Positions 15,277-32,071 of a stretch of 64,000 nucleotides of DNA are shown piece by piece. The stretch's first letter is position 1, and the number at the start of each line of letters is the position of its first letter. Made by a program: the position numbers and the translations under genes. The stretch lies in NCBI GenBank assembly GCA_051047955.1, contig JBPGPT010000009.1, positions 496,001 to 560,000 of the forward strand, written 5' to 3'. Source of the stretch: Cystobasidiomycetes sp. EMM_F5. Its lineage: Eukaryota. Under the pieces are notes generated by a model. The model was not told the origin of the DNA, did not search any database, and saw only the letters and a list, made by a program, of their open reading frames with translations.

Positions 15277-15478
15277 AAAGTGGCGGAAGCGAAGACATCA
15301 TGATGATTACGCAAACCACCTGTTGAGACAGCGATTTCGTTGTTGATGCACTTACGCACGTATGATCGCAAGTCGTTCTCCCTGATTGTGTTCACTTGGA
15401 CAAACATTGCTTACCGCACTAACTTACTGACCGGTCTAAAGTACGCTGAGTTACTACAGATGTTCATGTCAAACGCTT

Positions 15479-17310
15479 CTATAGGCCCTCAGTAAGCTTG
15501 TGAGGTGACATCCCTTCGTGAGCGATTGCGTGCTGTGTAATCGCGTATTATCAGTACTGGTCAGCTTGTCAATCTGTAAGAGCCCAAACTGACGACTTTT
15601 TGAAACAAGGGAAAGGCATCCTGCCGCCCTCGCGCTCGCAAGAATGCATTGAGTTCTCGCGCCTGTATAACCCCATCGAATGCGTCAAATACAACTTTTC
15701 TGTCTGAGGTAGCAGAAACATACCGTCAAAGTACCCTGCAACTTTTGTCCGCCCAGCAATTCTTGCTCAAGGTCAGCGAAACTCTGCGTCGGCTCAGTCA
15801 GTACCGCACGCAAAGCTTATGTTGCGCGAATTCTCACCTTGCCCGTTTTCACGAAAGCCTCTGCAACTTTGCGATTGCGCCCACCGAAGCCTGAGCGAGG
15901 TTCCAATCGAATTGAGTCTTAATCTTCATGACGATATTCAATTTGCTTACAAGACGTAATGACGTCTGCAACGCCGCAAGATTCTGCCAAAAAAGTATTT
16001 TCCTCTACGCTCGGGAAGAACTCTTTCGCAAAGCGTTTCATATCTTGTAGACCGATTCGGATTATGGCAGCCTTTGAATTGTTGCCGAGCTCTAGTCCGT
16101 CCACCAGGCCCGCAGCGATTGCCACCACATTCTTGAGTGCCCCGCACAATGAGACACCCTCTACATCGTGGACGAGCTGCACACGGAAGTTAGGCGTATC
16201 GAATAGCTTGTGAAATAGCTGCCCGTCTTCTTCTGTCCGGTACCCAATCGTGGTTTCACAGAATGCTTCTTTCGCAACTGGAGAGGATTGAATATAAGTC
16301 AAATGAAGTCTTGAAAGCGTTGCGGAACGGAGATGCCCTCATACCTTCGTCTGCGATGTTAGCACCGGATAGAGCACTACAGTTGAGACCGAGTCTGTCT
16401 TGGATGACGTCTGCATATATCCGTATCTTGTCCTCATTCACATCCACGCCCTGCAGTGTGAATGAGTTTTGCATCCTGTTTTGCGCATGATAATCAACCT
16501 ACCTTGACCAAAGTAATAGCTCGAACACCCTCGGCAGGCAGATTTCCCTTTAATTCTTCACAAATACCGTCAATAAACTGGAAGAAGGGTCGCGTCAGGC
16601 GGCGTTTCATCGCATCGTTGCCTTGGCGTACCTGATGCGGCGTGACAAATATCAAGGCTGTTGCGCCTTGTACTGCAGATATCAGATTGGGATTAGCTAC
16701 TACATTCGTAGGTAACGCTATTCCTGGCAAATATCTGTCAAGAGAATTAGATATATGCGAATGCAAAGTGTGGTCGGTCGTCCAGAATATTCAAACGGAC
16801 TTGACGTTTTCGTGTTTCTCGTTGATGATCTGTGTTAAAGGCTTGCCGTTGACCTGTAGCACTATCGATATCAGATGTGGTTGGGCCTTTGTCGAGCGTA
16901 TTTTGCATCTGCCGCACCTTCTCCTCGAACACCCACATCTGCACTTCCTCTTCGAACTGATCTGGATACTTTCTGACATTGCCGCCTGTCGTATGAAGGA
17001 GTCAATTACAGAGCCTCTACAAGCTCCAGTGCAGATGAACCTATGATCTTGCTGATAGCGCTACCCCAATTCTGCGAGAACATCAGCCATTGTTCAGAGC
17101 TGATGCAGATTCCGGCAAACGCACGCCAGAACCTGGCCGCAAGCAAACAAACAGTAATTATCAGACACTCTGGCAGCACGACACCTTCCTTGCTTTCCTA
17201 CGGCCCACATTCAGCTCACCGACAATGGCGACCCTGATTTTCTTGCTGCCGCTTGGCATGGTCGACAGACTCCGCGATAAGGCAGACAGGCGGGCTCCAG
17301 CTCTAAGCAT
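15479..17310 (-). CDS. GPD1: NAD-dependent glycerol-3-phosphate dehydrogenase, multi-exon
   Basis: Spliced [57 protein letters not shown]. Second in-frame ATG at 17259. Confidence 0.92.
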
Positions 17311-17596
17311 ACGAGGGAGCGATACACGATGACTTGAAGCGGTGCTCAGACTCGCTCGTCGCCTGCGTCAACAGCAGGTATTGGAGGCTCAACCAGGCAT
17401 CGCAACAACGAAAATAGGGGATACAGCCTGTGGACCTGACGGCGACAAGTGTTGGACAAGAGTCCAGTACGACAGTCAATGCTCATGGAAGCTATACCAG
17501 TTTTGCTGGAACTCACGCTCTCTTGGCTTACCAGCATTCCAAACTGCAGCGGCTCGCAGTGCTCACTTCTGCTCAAGTCGCTTTGACTAGAGCACC

Positions 17597-18751
17597 ATGG
17601 ATTCGCTAGAAGAGGAGAACGTCACAGGAGACGGGGTCAACGCTGAAACCCCAATTGAAATGGGTCCCCCCGCGCCCATCGTCGTGTGGTCGCCGCCGTC
17701 TGAAGCAAACGGCATATCCAGTCAAGCGGACGTAATGCTGATTGGCTCAGATGGCAACAGGCTTACAGCACACAAATCTGTTCTCAATCATGCAACAGAA
17801 GTATTCGATGCGCTACTTGCCCTTCCTGAACATCCTGCAGCGCGGCACATCTCGCCCGATGGCATGGCCGTCATCGAAATGCCGGAATCGACATCAGTCT
17901 TGGGTGTCGTTATTCCTTTCTGCTATAACATCGAAGGTCCGGACCTTTCTCAGGTGTCGCATGAGTTGCTCATGCAGGCTTACGAAGCAGCAAATAAGTT
18001 TGTATGTCTACGGGCGAAGGAGCGTATCACCTTGGAATTTATTGCCCGGTACGCAGAGCATGTGAGGCTTTGAGCTCCACCTTATGTCGATCGTCTAGTC
18101 TTTCCGCGGAACCGAGCAAAACGTTCAAGAAAGAGAACTGCATGTATGCCAGACTCCACGCTCTCGACATCTTCGCTGCTGCCACTCGCACGGAAAACCA
18201 TCATCTTGTTGCTATCAGCGAGAAGTACTCGGTCTTTTCATTCGACCTTGTCAGTCCGCTCTATAAAGCCGACATAATTGGTCAGGAGGCGATGCTGGAA
18301 TTGGTAGGTGGATGACGCCAATTGCAATATGTTGTGCACATACCAGGGAAAGTGAAGTGCTGAAACTTGATGGTAGATGCGAAGAAAGATGTTCATGAAG
18401 CTATACTTGCTCGAGGTTCTGGCCAAAGCAATGATCCCTTCCGCGCCATGGCAGGGTTGGCAGTGTCATACCGAGACTGATCATGGTCATCTTCTTATGC
18501 TGTGGACAAGGTATGTCGGCATAGCGCTACAAAGTCTCTTGTTTCAGCATGCCATATTCAAGCTCGAATTCGACGAAGGCCTTGATTCGGCTGCTGTCGA
18601 AGGCATGAACAGCATATGGGCAGCACTGAAGTCGCCTGACCTCATGCAGCTTTCACCTGAATGCTGGAAGGGTTTACTAAACATAAAGGAAGATTTAGAG
18701 AGCGAGTGGGACGAATCATGTCGCAAATCGTCAAGTAGCTACTTCGGCTAA
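17597..18751 (+). CDS. BTB/POZ-domain protein, tandem copy 1 (3 exons)
   Basis: ADVMLIGSDG..AHKSVL..ATEVFDALL..IEMPE..VLGVVIPFCY..YEAANKF, a fungal BTB signature. Confidence 0.8.
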
Positions 18752-19203
18752 ACCCCCGGCAGCACAGGCAGCTGCCTTCGACGACGTTACCGTCCGTCCG
18801 TCTGCGCAAAGAGATTTTATTGCTACATATTGTCTTTTATCGCGGTCGACTCTGTGCCTCTTTGCCTCTATACTCGCTCTTCTTTGCAGCCAACGCATAC
18901 TGCGATTAGATTATTCTGGGTACAAAATCCGTATTCATGCAATGACGGGTGTTTTCTTTTTATGAGAGCTTTTCAACGCGTCCAAGGAACGGTGCCTGAG
19001 ACGTGATGTGCTCGGACCGTGACAGTTATACAGACCTGTCAAGTCAGATTCGCAGGTTGCGTTTCTAACGATTGGCGTTCACCTCTCGCCTGGAGTGCTG
19101 CTGCTCAGTATACAGTCGAAAGTGTTATCAGCTGCGTCTGGTAAGCCCGCCTTTGTGTACATGATTCGCCATTATGCTGACTGTGTACCGCTTCTCTACA
19201 GCC

Positions 19204-20392
19204 ATGCAATTGACTGGAGACGTAGCCACCGCGTCCAAGGATGCAGATGACCAAATGCTGGCATCTGAGCCGCTGTTCGACATAATTTGGGAGCCCCCTC
19301 GCGAAACAAACGGCGTGCCATCCCAACCGGATGTTACGCTCGTCGGGACAGATAAAAAAGCTGTCAGAGCGCATAGCGCTGCATTGAGGCTCGCTACTGA
19401 AATCTTCGACGCTATCCTCACTCTCGACGAAGATCCCGGCGTTAGTCAGATCTTGAACGATGGGTCAACGGCGATTGATATGCAAGAAACATCCTCAACT
19501 CTTGCGTTGGTCATTCCCTTCTGTTACAATCTACCCAATTTGGGCATCACTGAGCCTTACTTGACTCTCCTAGCGGCTTACCGAGCAGCGCACAAATTTG
19601 TCTGTACAAGAGCTATAGAATGCCTCGGCAGGGAGCTGCTAAGCCGGTGAGTCAGCCGCATTCTTGCGCTGGCCGAGTATAACTGAGTTCCTCGCGCATT
19701 CACGAAACGAACAGGCTCGTCTCCAACCGAAATTGCGGAGATAAGGCGGACTCGCACACCGTTGCACGCCAACACGCGTTGGATCTTCTCGCACTTGCTA
19801 CTCAATTAAAAGACAAAGCAGTAGTCGAGATAAGCAAGCGTTACGCGGTGATACAGTTCGATTTGCAAAGACCGCTGCGCCATGTTGAGGTCATTGGTCA
19901 GAATGAAATGATGACTTTGGTACGTAGAAAAGCTAGTGTCACCAGCGAAAGCGGAGCATGCAATGACCAATATTTGTATAGATCGGCAGGAAGAGACGGA
20001 TGAAAGACCGGCTCAACGCGGTCATAGCCACGGCTATGGAATTCGAAGACGATTGGACCGAATGGGACTGCCACAGCCAGCAGCAACATGGAAGAGTAGT
20101 ACAGAAATGGCTGAAGCACTGTTGCGCTATCCTGAGACAGCACGGTTCCGCAACGCGTAACTTCACCTTCATCCAGGGTTACGAATTCGACTTTGAGGAT
20201 GGCTTTGAGCCATATATCCATACAGACGATGCATCAAGCTTGGACGATGGTGATGACGACTACGACGACGACCACCACGACGACGACGACGACGAAGATG
20301 AAAAACCCCTTTGTCGCCTGTCGTTGGAGCAGCAAGCACGCCAGCTACGCGAGAACTGGAACACGGTTCTACAACAATGTCCGCCTTATTAG
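19204..20392 (+). CDS. BTB/POZ-domain protein, tandem copy 2 (3 exons, acidic tract near C-terminus)
   Basis: PDVTLVGTD..AHSAAL..ATEIFDAIL..IDMQE..LALVIPFCY..YRAAHKF; same intron positions as copy 1. Confidence 0.8.
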
Positions 20393-20918
20393 TCTCATTC
20401 AATGTCCATCAAGGAGCAATGGGCTGTCAGCTCCCGCGGAATCTCCACTCCGGGCTCGCGTGATTGATTTATGCATATGCCCTGATGGTGCAGATTCAAG
20501 GTGCGTTCACGATGCAAAGTCCTGATGGCAGCGACATTCCTCAATCAGGAGACTTAAGGTCAGCATGCTGTTCCCTCAGTCTCTACGAGGGGCTGCAGTA
20601 CGCACACAGGCGCGACTGTCCCTGCTCCCGCTATTCATACAGAGTATATCAGCTGCAGGGTCTAGCCGAGGGAGCTGAAGCATCGTTTGAAATCAAGACT
20701 CACAAGTCAGTGACTCGTAACCTGTTTCTGTTGGCGTCTGTCGTGTTAGGGAGGCGTAGTCTTGGTCTGTGCAGCTATTTTGTAATTGACGATGTAATCT
20801 CAAGCACGTCGCGCTTGCCTTTGCAACACCGTTTTTTTTTTTCATCAAGCCCATCAAGAGTTGCGTGTGCAACAACATCCGTTACTGAGCTGCTTTCATT
20901 GCAGCCTGCAAGCCACTG

Positions 20919-22091
20919 ATGGGCAAGTTCGCAGTCTTTGCAACCATAATCCGACTCTTCCAGCTGAGAATCATATGCCCACATGACGTCTCCACTACCA
21001 CAGATGCAGATGACGATACGACGACCGGAGCCTCCTCTAAAATCATGTGGGAACCGCCGCCGGGTACAAATGGCACCTCAGGTCCTCCGGATATCATACT
21101 CCTTGGCGCAGACGGCGGCCTCGTCAAAGCGCACCGAGCAGTGCTGAAATATTCTACAGAGATTTTCGATGCTATGCTAGCGTTCGACGGCTCTAAAGAG
21201 TCTGTCAGTGGTCTGGGAGCCAGCGTTGTCAAAATGCACGAAGATGCAGCGATACTTGCTCTGGTGATCCCCTTCTGCTATAACATCGAGGGCCCAGATC
21301 CACGGACGATGGAGCACAAGCAGCTGATGAAGGCGTATGAAGCGGCACACAAATTCGTCTGCTTGAGAGCGAGAGAATGTCTTCCACTGAATTCATCATG
21401 AGGTCAGATACACCGAGCCTTTTATCGCATCTTACGAGCCTTCCTGACTGACGTTCCGCTTTAGACTCTCGTCTTTACCGCGAACAGTAATCTCCGATAA
21501 CGATCGACACGCTACACGTTTGGAAGCACTGGAAGTACTTGCAGCTGGAATGCGTTTTGATGACATTCGCCTGGTAGAAGGCAGCCGGGATTGCGCAATA
21601 GACAGATTCGACTTGAACAATCCATTCCATCTGGTGGACATGATCGGAACAACCGAGATCGCGACCTTGGTAAGGATTGACATTCGCTCCGGGAAGAAGA
21701 GCTGAAAACGTCTGCCCCGCCGCAGATGAGGGCGAAGATGCAGCGCAAACGTGCCATAATTAAGGCACTCGTCGACTACATGACGATCGATGCAGAATCG
21801 CTTGGAAACGCATGCTGTAGCAAGGCTGAGCACAAGGACAATACGCGACACTGGTCACACTATTTGAAGTGTACGCTGGACAATGTCCTTCGAGAGGGCC
21901 AAATTTTCAGACTCAAACTTCCCCATCATGATTACGACGACGCACACCATATCGCATTCATCGATGACCTGGAAATGTCTATTGAGGCACCCCATGAGGA
22001 ACAACCTAGCGCTTGCTTTCGTATGCTTTACAAGAAATGGCGCGAGCTGGAAAAGATTTTCAAACCATCAATACCAGCCCAGTACTTGTAA
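20919..22091 (+). pseudogene. BTB/POZ-domain tandem copy 3 with an apparent 1-nt frameshift at about 21381-21385 (pseudogene or sequence error)
   Basis: PDIILLGADG..AHRAVL..STEIFDAML..LALVIPFCY. The frame stops at TGA 21399-21401, while the shifted frame reads TEFIMR into the conserved donor. Downstream exons are intact. Confidence 0.65.
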
Positions 22092-22825
22092 GTTTCTGGA
22101 AGAGAGCGTACCAACCAGCTCATCCCTTTAGGGCAGTAGGCGTGCTCGGTAAGGGGGAGCAAGCGAGATTACCAGTTCTCTCCGCTTTCTAATCTTGATT
22201 TCCTGTGTAAATTGTATACAGCTGCTGACAACCTGAGAACTCATCCCAACTGTTGGTGGGTCACGGTGGAGCCTTTCGACCAAATTGCAGCGTTAGTGAT
22301 CTGGGGCTGCATACGAGCGTGTGTGAGCCGGCTGCTCGCATGTACGCAATGCCTTCGTACGGCTATAATATATCGGCAGTCCAGCAGCAGTCCCGCAAAT
22401 AGGCTGATGTACTGTTGAGCTGCAGCCAAGTGTCACTTCGGACAAAGACAAGCATGACCGTGTGAGGTCGCTGGCAATGTAGCCGCTTTCGCAGAAGACC
22501 GCAAAAAGGGCGATTAGACGCATAATGGGAGCCAGCGTGTGGGCAAATTGCAAAAGTTAGTTGTCCTGTCATCGTGGTGTGACGGGATTCTAGGGTAGCT
22601 TCCACTTGCATCTTACAGCCTTATCTCCGGGTCCGGCGACGGCTTGCATCTAGTATTACAAGCACAATTCATCATGATCTCCTAAACCGACAAATCGAAT
22701 TCTGCCTGACTGTGAATAATACTGTTGTCGGACGTTGCCGCTGCAAATACAGGAGATTTGCGCGACTCTATGAAATCTCTGCAGTACCGAAAAGTTCGTA
22801 GACATTGTGACTCGACCGGTTGTCA

Positions 22826-25504
<2,679 letters not shown>

Positions 25505-25883
25505 TGTTTGTTAAATGGCTGGCTGCGGTTTGTGTTGTAAACGTGGTGAGCAAGGGTTGACCAGAGGCCGACCAGAAACGCAGTGGTGGATTTACGGAAA
25601 GCAAAGAGGAAAAGTGCAGACAAGAGCTGCGACGACGTGCAGAACCAACAGCCAGTCACTGCCTCGGTAGAAGAGATCCATCAACAAGCGACCCGGGAAC
25701 ACCGCCTTTGACGAGCGGGCGGAGGGGACCCGCAAGAGTAAAGCAGTGACGCTTTGGACAGCGAGGCAAACACTCTGGTCTGGCTACGGTGATGAAGGCC
25801 TACAATCTCATGCAAAGTATCGCTAAAAAGTGCAGGCTCGTTGTCGGGATTGGCTCCTCGTTGTATTCTAGCAATCCCGAACA

Positions 25884-27288
25884 ATGTCATACATCCATGC
25901 CTCGGTCGCACAGTGCGGCACTGTCCACAATGACACCCAGGCTACGCTGTCAAAGATGCGCAGGCTCGCTATGGAAGCTGCGACGGGCGAATTGCCTTCC
26001 CAGTTGATTGTCTTTCCCGAAGCTTTCATCGGAGGTAGGGAGCCTCCCGGTGATTAGCTACAAGACTCCTAAGCTCTTGCGATGTGCATTAGGTTATCCC
26101 AAATTCTCAACTTTCGGTGCTTCCATCGGAACGCGTTCGGATGCTGGTCGTCGTGAATTTGTAGATTACTTCAAGCAGGCTATCGAATGTCCCGGTCCGG
26201 CAACACGTCACATTGAAGAGATTGCACACGATTGTAATATCTTTATCGTCACTGGCTTCATCGAAAGAGATGGCGGGACTCTGTACTGCTCCGTCGGCTT
26301 CTTTTCCCCAGAGTCGGGACTGGTGTACAAGCGGAGAAAGGTGACTTTATCCCACTCATGAGGTCGCAAGCAGTCAGATTCACCTCTTCTATCTGTATCG
26401 CAGCTCATGCCTACCGCCAGCGAAAGGCTGATCTGGGGGTAAGTACTCGCAAAGATCCCTTCCGACAAAGTACACCGATTTTGCAAATTTGACTCTCGTC
26501 GGTCATTACAGCTTTGGCGACCAGACGACAGTTAGCGTTGTCGATGCTCAGCTCCTCCAACCGAAGCACGCGGAAAACGCTGATTTCAGCGAAGTCGCGG
26601 CTACTTCTGCCAAATTGTCTTCAGCGATATGTTGGGAAAATATGATGGTAAGTCAATACACTCGTTCAAAGGTATTCAGGACTTAACAATCAGCAATTTT
26701 AGCCGTTGCTGCGTACTCATTTCTACAGTCAGGGTACGCAGATACATTGCGCCCCAACAGTGGACGGCCGCGAGAATTGGCAGAGTGTAGTGCGGACGAT
26801 TGCACTGGAGGGGCGATGCTTCGTTCTAAGCGCTTGTCAGATGAGTGATATAAATTTCATAGCAGGCTAACAGACGAAGCTGACCCATACTTGTCGTTTA
26901 TTTACTTCTCCCGCCAGGCGGTAAGTCGGATCAGCATCGGCCATTTTCTGTGAAGATGATCCTCTGACTTTAACACTCGTAGGAATTTCCGGTGACACAT
27001 CCTGTAGAAGGAGATCGAGACCCACAAGGTATAATGATTGCAGGAGGATCAGTCATTATCAGTCCGCTCGGCGAGATATTGGCTGGTCCACTGCGGGACA
27101 AAGAAGGGTGAGTTGACATGTAGCACAAGTTTCAAGCAGCGTTTCTGATGCACTATGAGTGTCTTCCTTGTATCAGAGTTCTCACTGCCCGCTTAAACAT
27201 GGACGATATCGCTGCTGGCAAATTTGACTTTGATGTCGTTGGTCACTATGCCAGACCAGACATCTTCAAGCTGTCAGTGGCTGCGTGA
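25884..27288 (+). CDS. Nitrilase (carbon-nitrogen hydrolase family), multi-exon
   Basis: Catalytic E-K-C triad after splicing: [27 protein letters not shown]-terminal [13 protein letters not shown]. Confidence 0.9.
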
Positions 27289-27587
27289 GTCTCTCGCTTC
27301 ACGAGCTTCTGTCTGGACGTCGTCGTCCCTCCGGCCTCTCACACCGTTAAAAGCCGTATCTCAGGCGGTGCCTGCCAGTGGACAAACCTCAGACACCCGG
27401 GTTGCGCCTTGGCATTTGACCGTTCAACAGCTCTGTCTTACTGATGGACAGTCAACACAAAAGCTGTGCAATTGAGTCGCACTGGAAAGATTCTGGACGG
27501 AGCGACAAAGTGGGTCTTTTCTCTCGGTGTCATTCACCAATCGCCAGAGTAAACCAGCGCCGTTTGCTTGACTCAACCCCTCACAAC

Positions 27588-28796
27588 ATGACTTCCCACC
27601 TCACTTTCGACGACATGCTCGTCAAAGTACGAGCGTATCTCCGGGCTCACACTGCGCTACACTTTCTCGAAGATCCTGATGAGGTGCGTTGCGCACACCT
27701 TCACCCACACATCTACATATCTAACGCTTGTTATACTCAGTCATCTGCTACTTGGGACGAGCACAGCACCTACCTCAGCGCGTACAGCGACATTCGAGGC
27801 ACATCCAGCTGGACCAGTATTGCAGCACAGCATGTTGATGATGTCGTAGCTATTGATCGAGCGCTTGCTGCGCTCAACAAGAACAACGGGACGTACGCCA
27901 TGATGGGCAAGCACAAGATCAGCTTCACAATGTACCATCTGACCGAGACGCTCCGTCTTGCTGCCAACGTCTATATTGACGAAGGCAAGCCTGTAGACAT
28001 GTCGACTCTCGTAAAGAGCAGCGTCAGTCCAGCCGCTAAAAACGCTTGGAGGGATCGCCAAACACTCAAACAGATCAGAACCGTCGACACGAACGTACAA
28101 AAGCTGGTAAAGCTCGAAGGCGTTACACTGGATCAGCAGAAAATCAGGGAGGACAAGCTTGCCAAAATTAGCAAACGAGCGTTTTTGACCCGCCTCTGGA
28201 ATGGCGACAAGCGTGTTGAGAAGCCTGCTACTGTTATTGCTACTGCTACTCCTGCACCTCCCGCTCCATCTTCCACCGTTATCGAGTCCGTCACTGGCTC
28301 GGTCCCTGATACCCAGTCTCTGGGCGTAGTCAGAGCTGCCCAGCCAGCGCCAGCAGCGCCATCTTCCATCGTCATTGGATCCGTCGACGCTCCACCCGCT
28401 CCATCAGCAGCTGCAGCATCGTCTGCAGCCTTGCCGGCTACAAACAACAACGAGCTGCTCTCGGAGCCCAAGAAGAAGGAGCGCAAGGACTCGACAATGA
28501 TGTCTGCTCTGTACGGCTTGCGTAAGCTTCAAAAGCAGCTGAGCGGCTCCAAGAGCAGAGGTCACAAATCCAGTGGACACAGCAAGTCTCACAAGAGCAG
28601 CTCTGGTCACGGCGGCGGTGAGCATTTTGGAGAGGAGCATCACGAAGAGGGCAGCGAGCGGGGAAGTGAGAGGTCGAGCAGTGATGCGGAGAACGGTGAA
28701 GGGTCGGAAAGTGAGTCGTCTGCCTCCTCTGCCTCTTCTGCTTCGAGCGGTGGTGGGTACGAGTCCGGAGGCGGTGACTTTGGCGGAGAGGAGTGA
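27588..28796 (+). CDS. Hypothetical protein with Ala/Pro-rich linker and Ser/Gly/Glu/His-rich tail
   Basis: 450-codon ORF containing a probable in-frame intron (GTGCGT..CTAAC..CAG, about 27684-27740). No recognisable family. Confidence 0.65.
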   Translation: MTSHLTFDDMLVKVRAYLRAHTALHFLEDPDEVRCAHLHPHIYISNACYTQSSATWDEHSTYLSAYSDIRGTSSWTSIAAQHVDDVVAIDRALAALNKNNGTYAMMGKHKISFTMYHLTETLRLAANVYIDEGKPVDMSTLVKSSVSPAAKNAWRDRQTLKQIRTVDTNVQKLVKLEGVTLDQQKIREDKLAKISKRAFLTRLWNGDKRVEKPATVIATATPAPPAPSSTVIESVTGSVPDTQSLGVVRAAQPAPAAPSSIVIGSVDAPPAPSAAAASSAALPATNNNELLSEPKKKERKDSTMMSALYGLRKLQKQLSGSKSRGHKSSGHSKSHKSSSGHGGGEHFGEEHHEEGSERGSERSSSDAENGEGSESESSASSASSASSGGGYESGGGDFGGEE

Positions 28797-28990
28797 GGGC
28801 AAGAATACGACGTCTGCGTGTACTCTATACGGCATTACTGTATGCCATCCATACGAGATTAGAAGCTGTTTACCGTTGACGTGGCACTCGATGAATACAA
28901 GATACTTGGTGTCCTCTCTTGTACCTTGCCCGCGTCTTTCCAAAAGGACCATCCCGCAGCAGCTGCGTCTTTCAAGAATTGCTGGCTGCC

Positions 28991-31996
<3,006 letters not shown>

Positions 31997-32071
31997 AAGC
32001 TATATATCGGTACTCCTCGTGTTGTTACAGACCCTTTGAATTAGACCGACCCATCGCCCATGGAAATGCGT

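Noticed and set aside
20245..20300. (GAC/GAT)n array
   Set aside because: Coding microsatellite giving the poly-Asp tract of BTB copy 2; not CRISPR or a mobile element.
20464..20919. 151-aa ORF between BTB copies 2 and 3
   Set aside because: Non-ATG start, no motifs and no similarity to the paralogues; probably intergenic.
22241..22611. Short Cys-containing minus-strand ORFs (possible secreted peptide)
   Set aside because: The hydrophobic stretch is too short for a signal peptide and no consistent splice model emerged.
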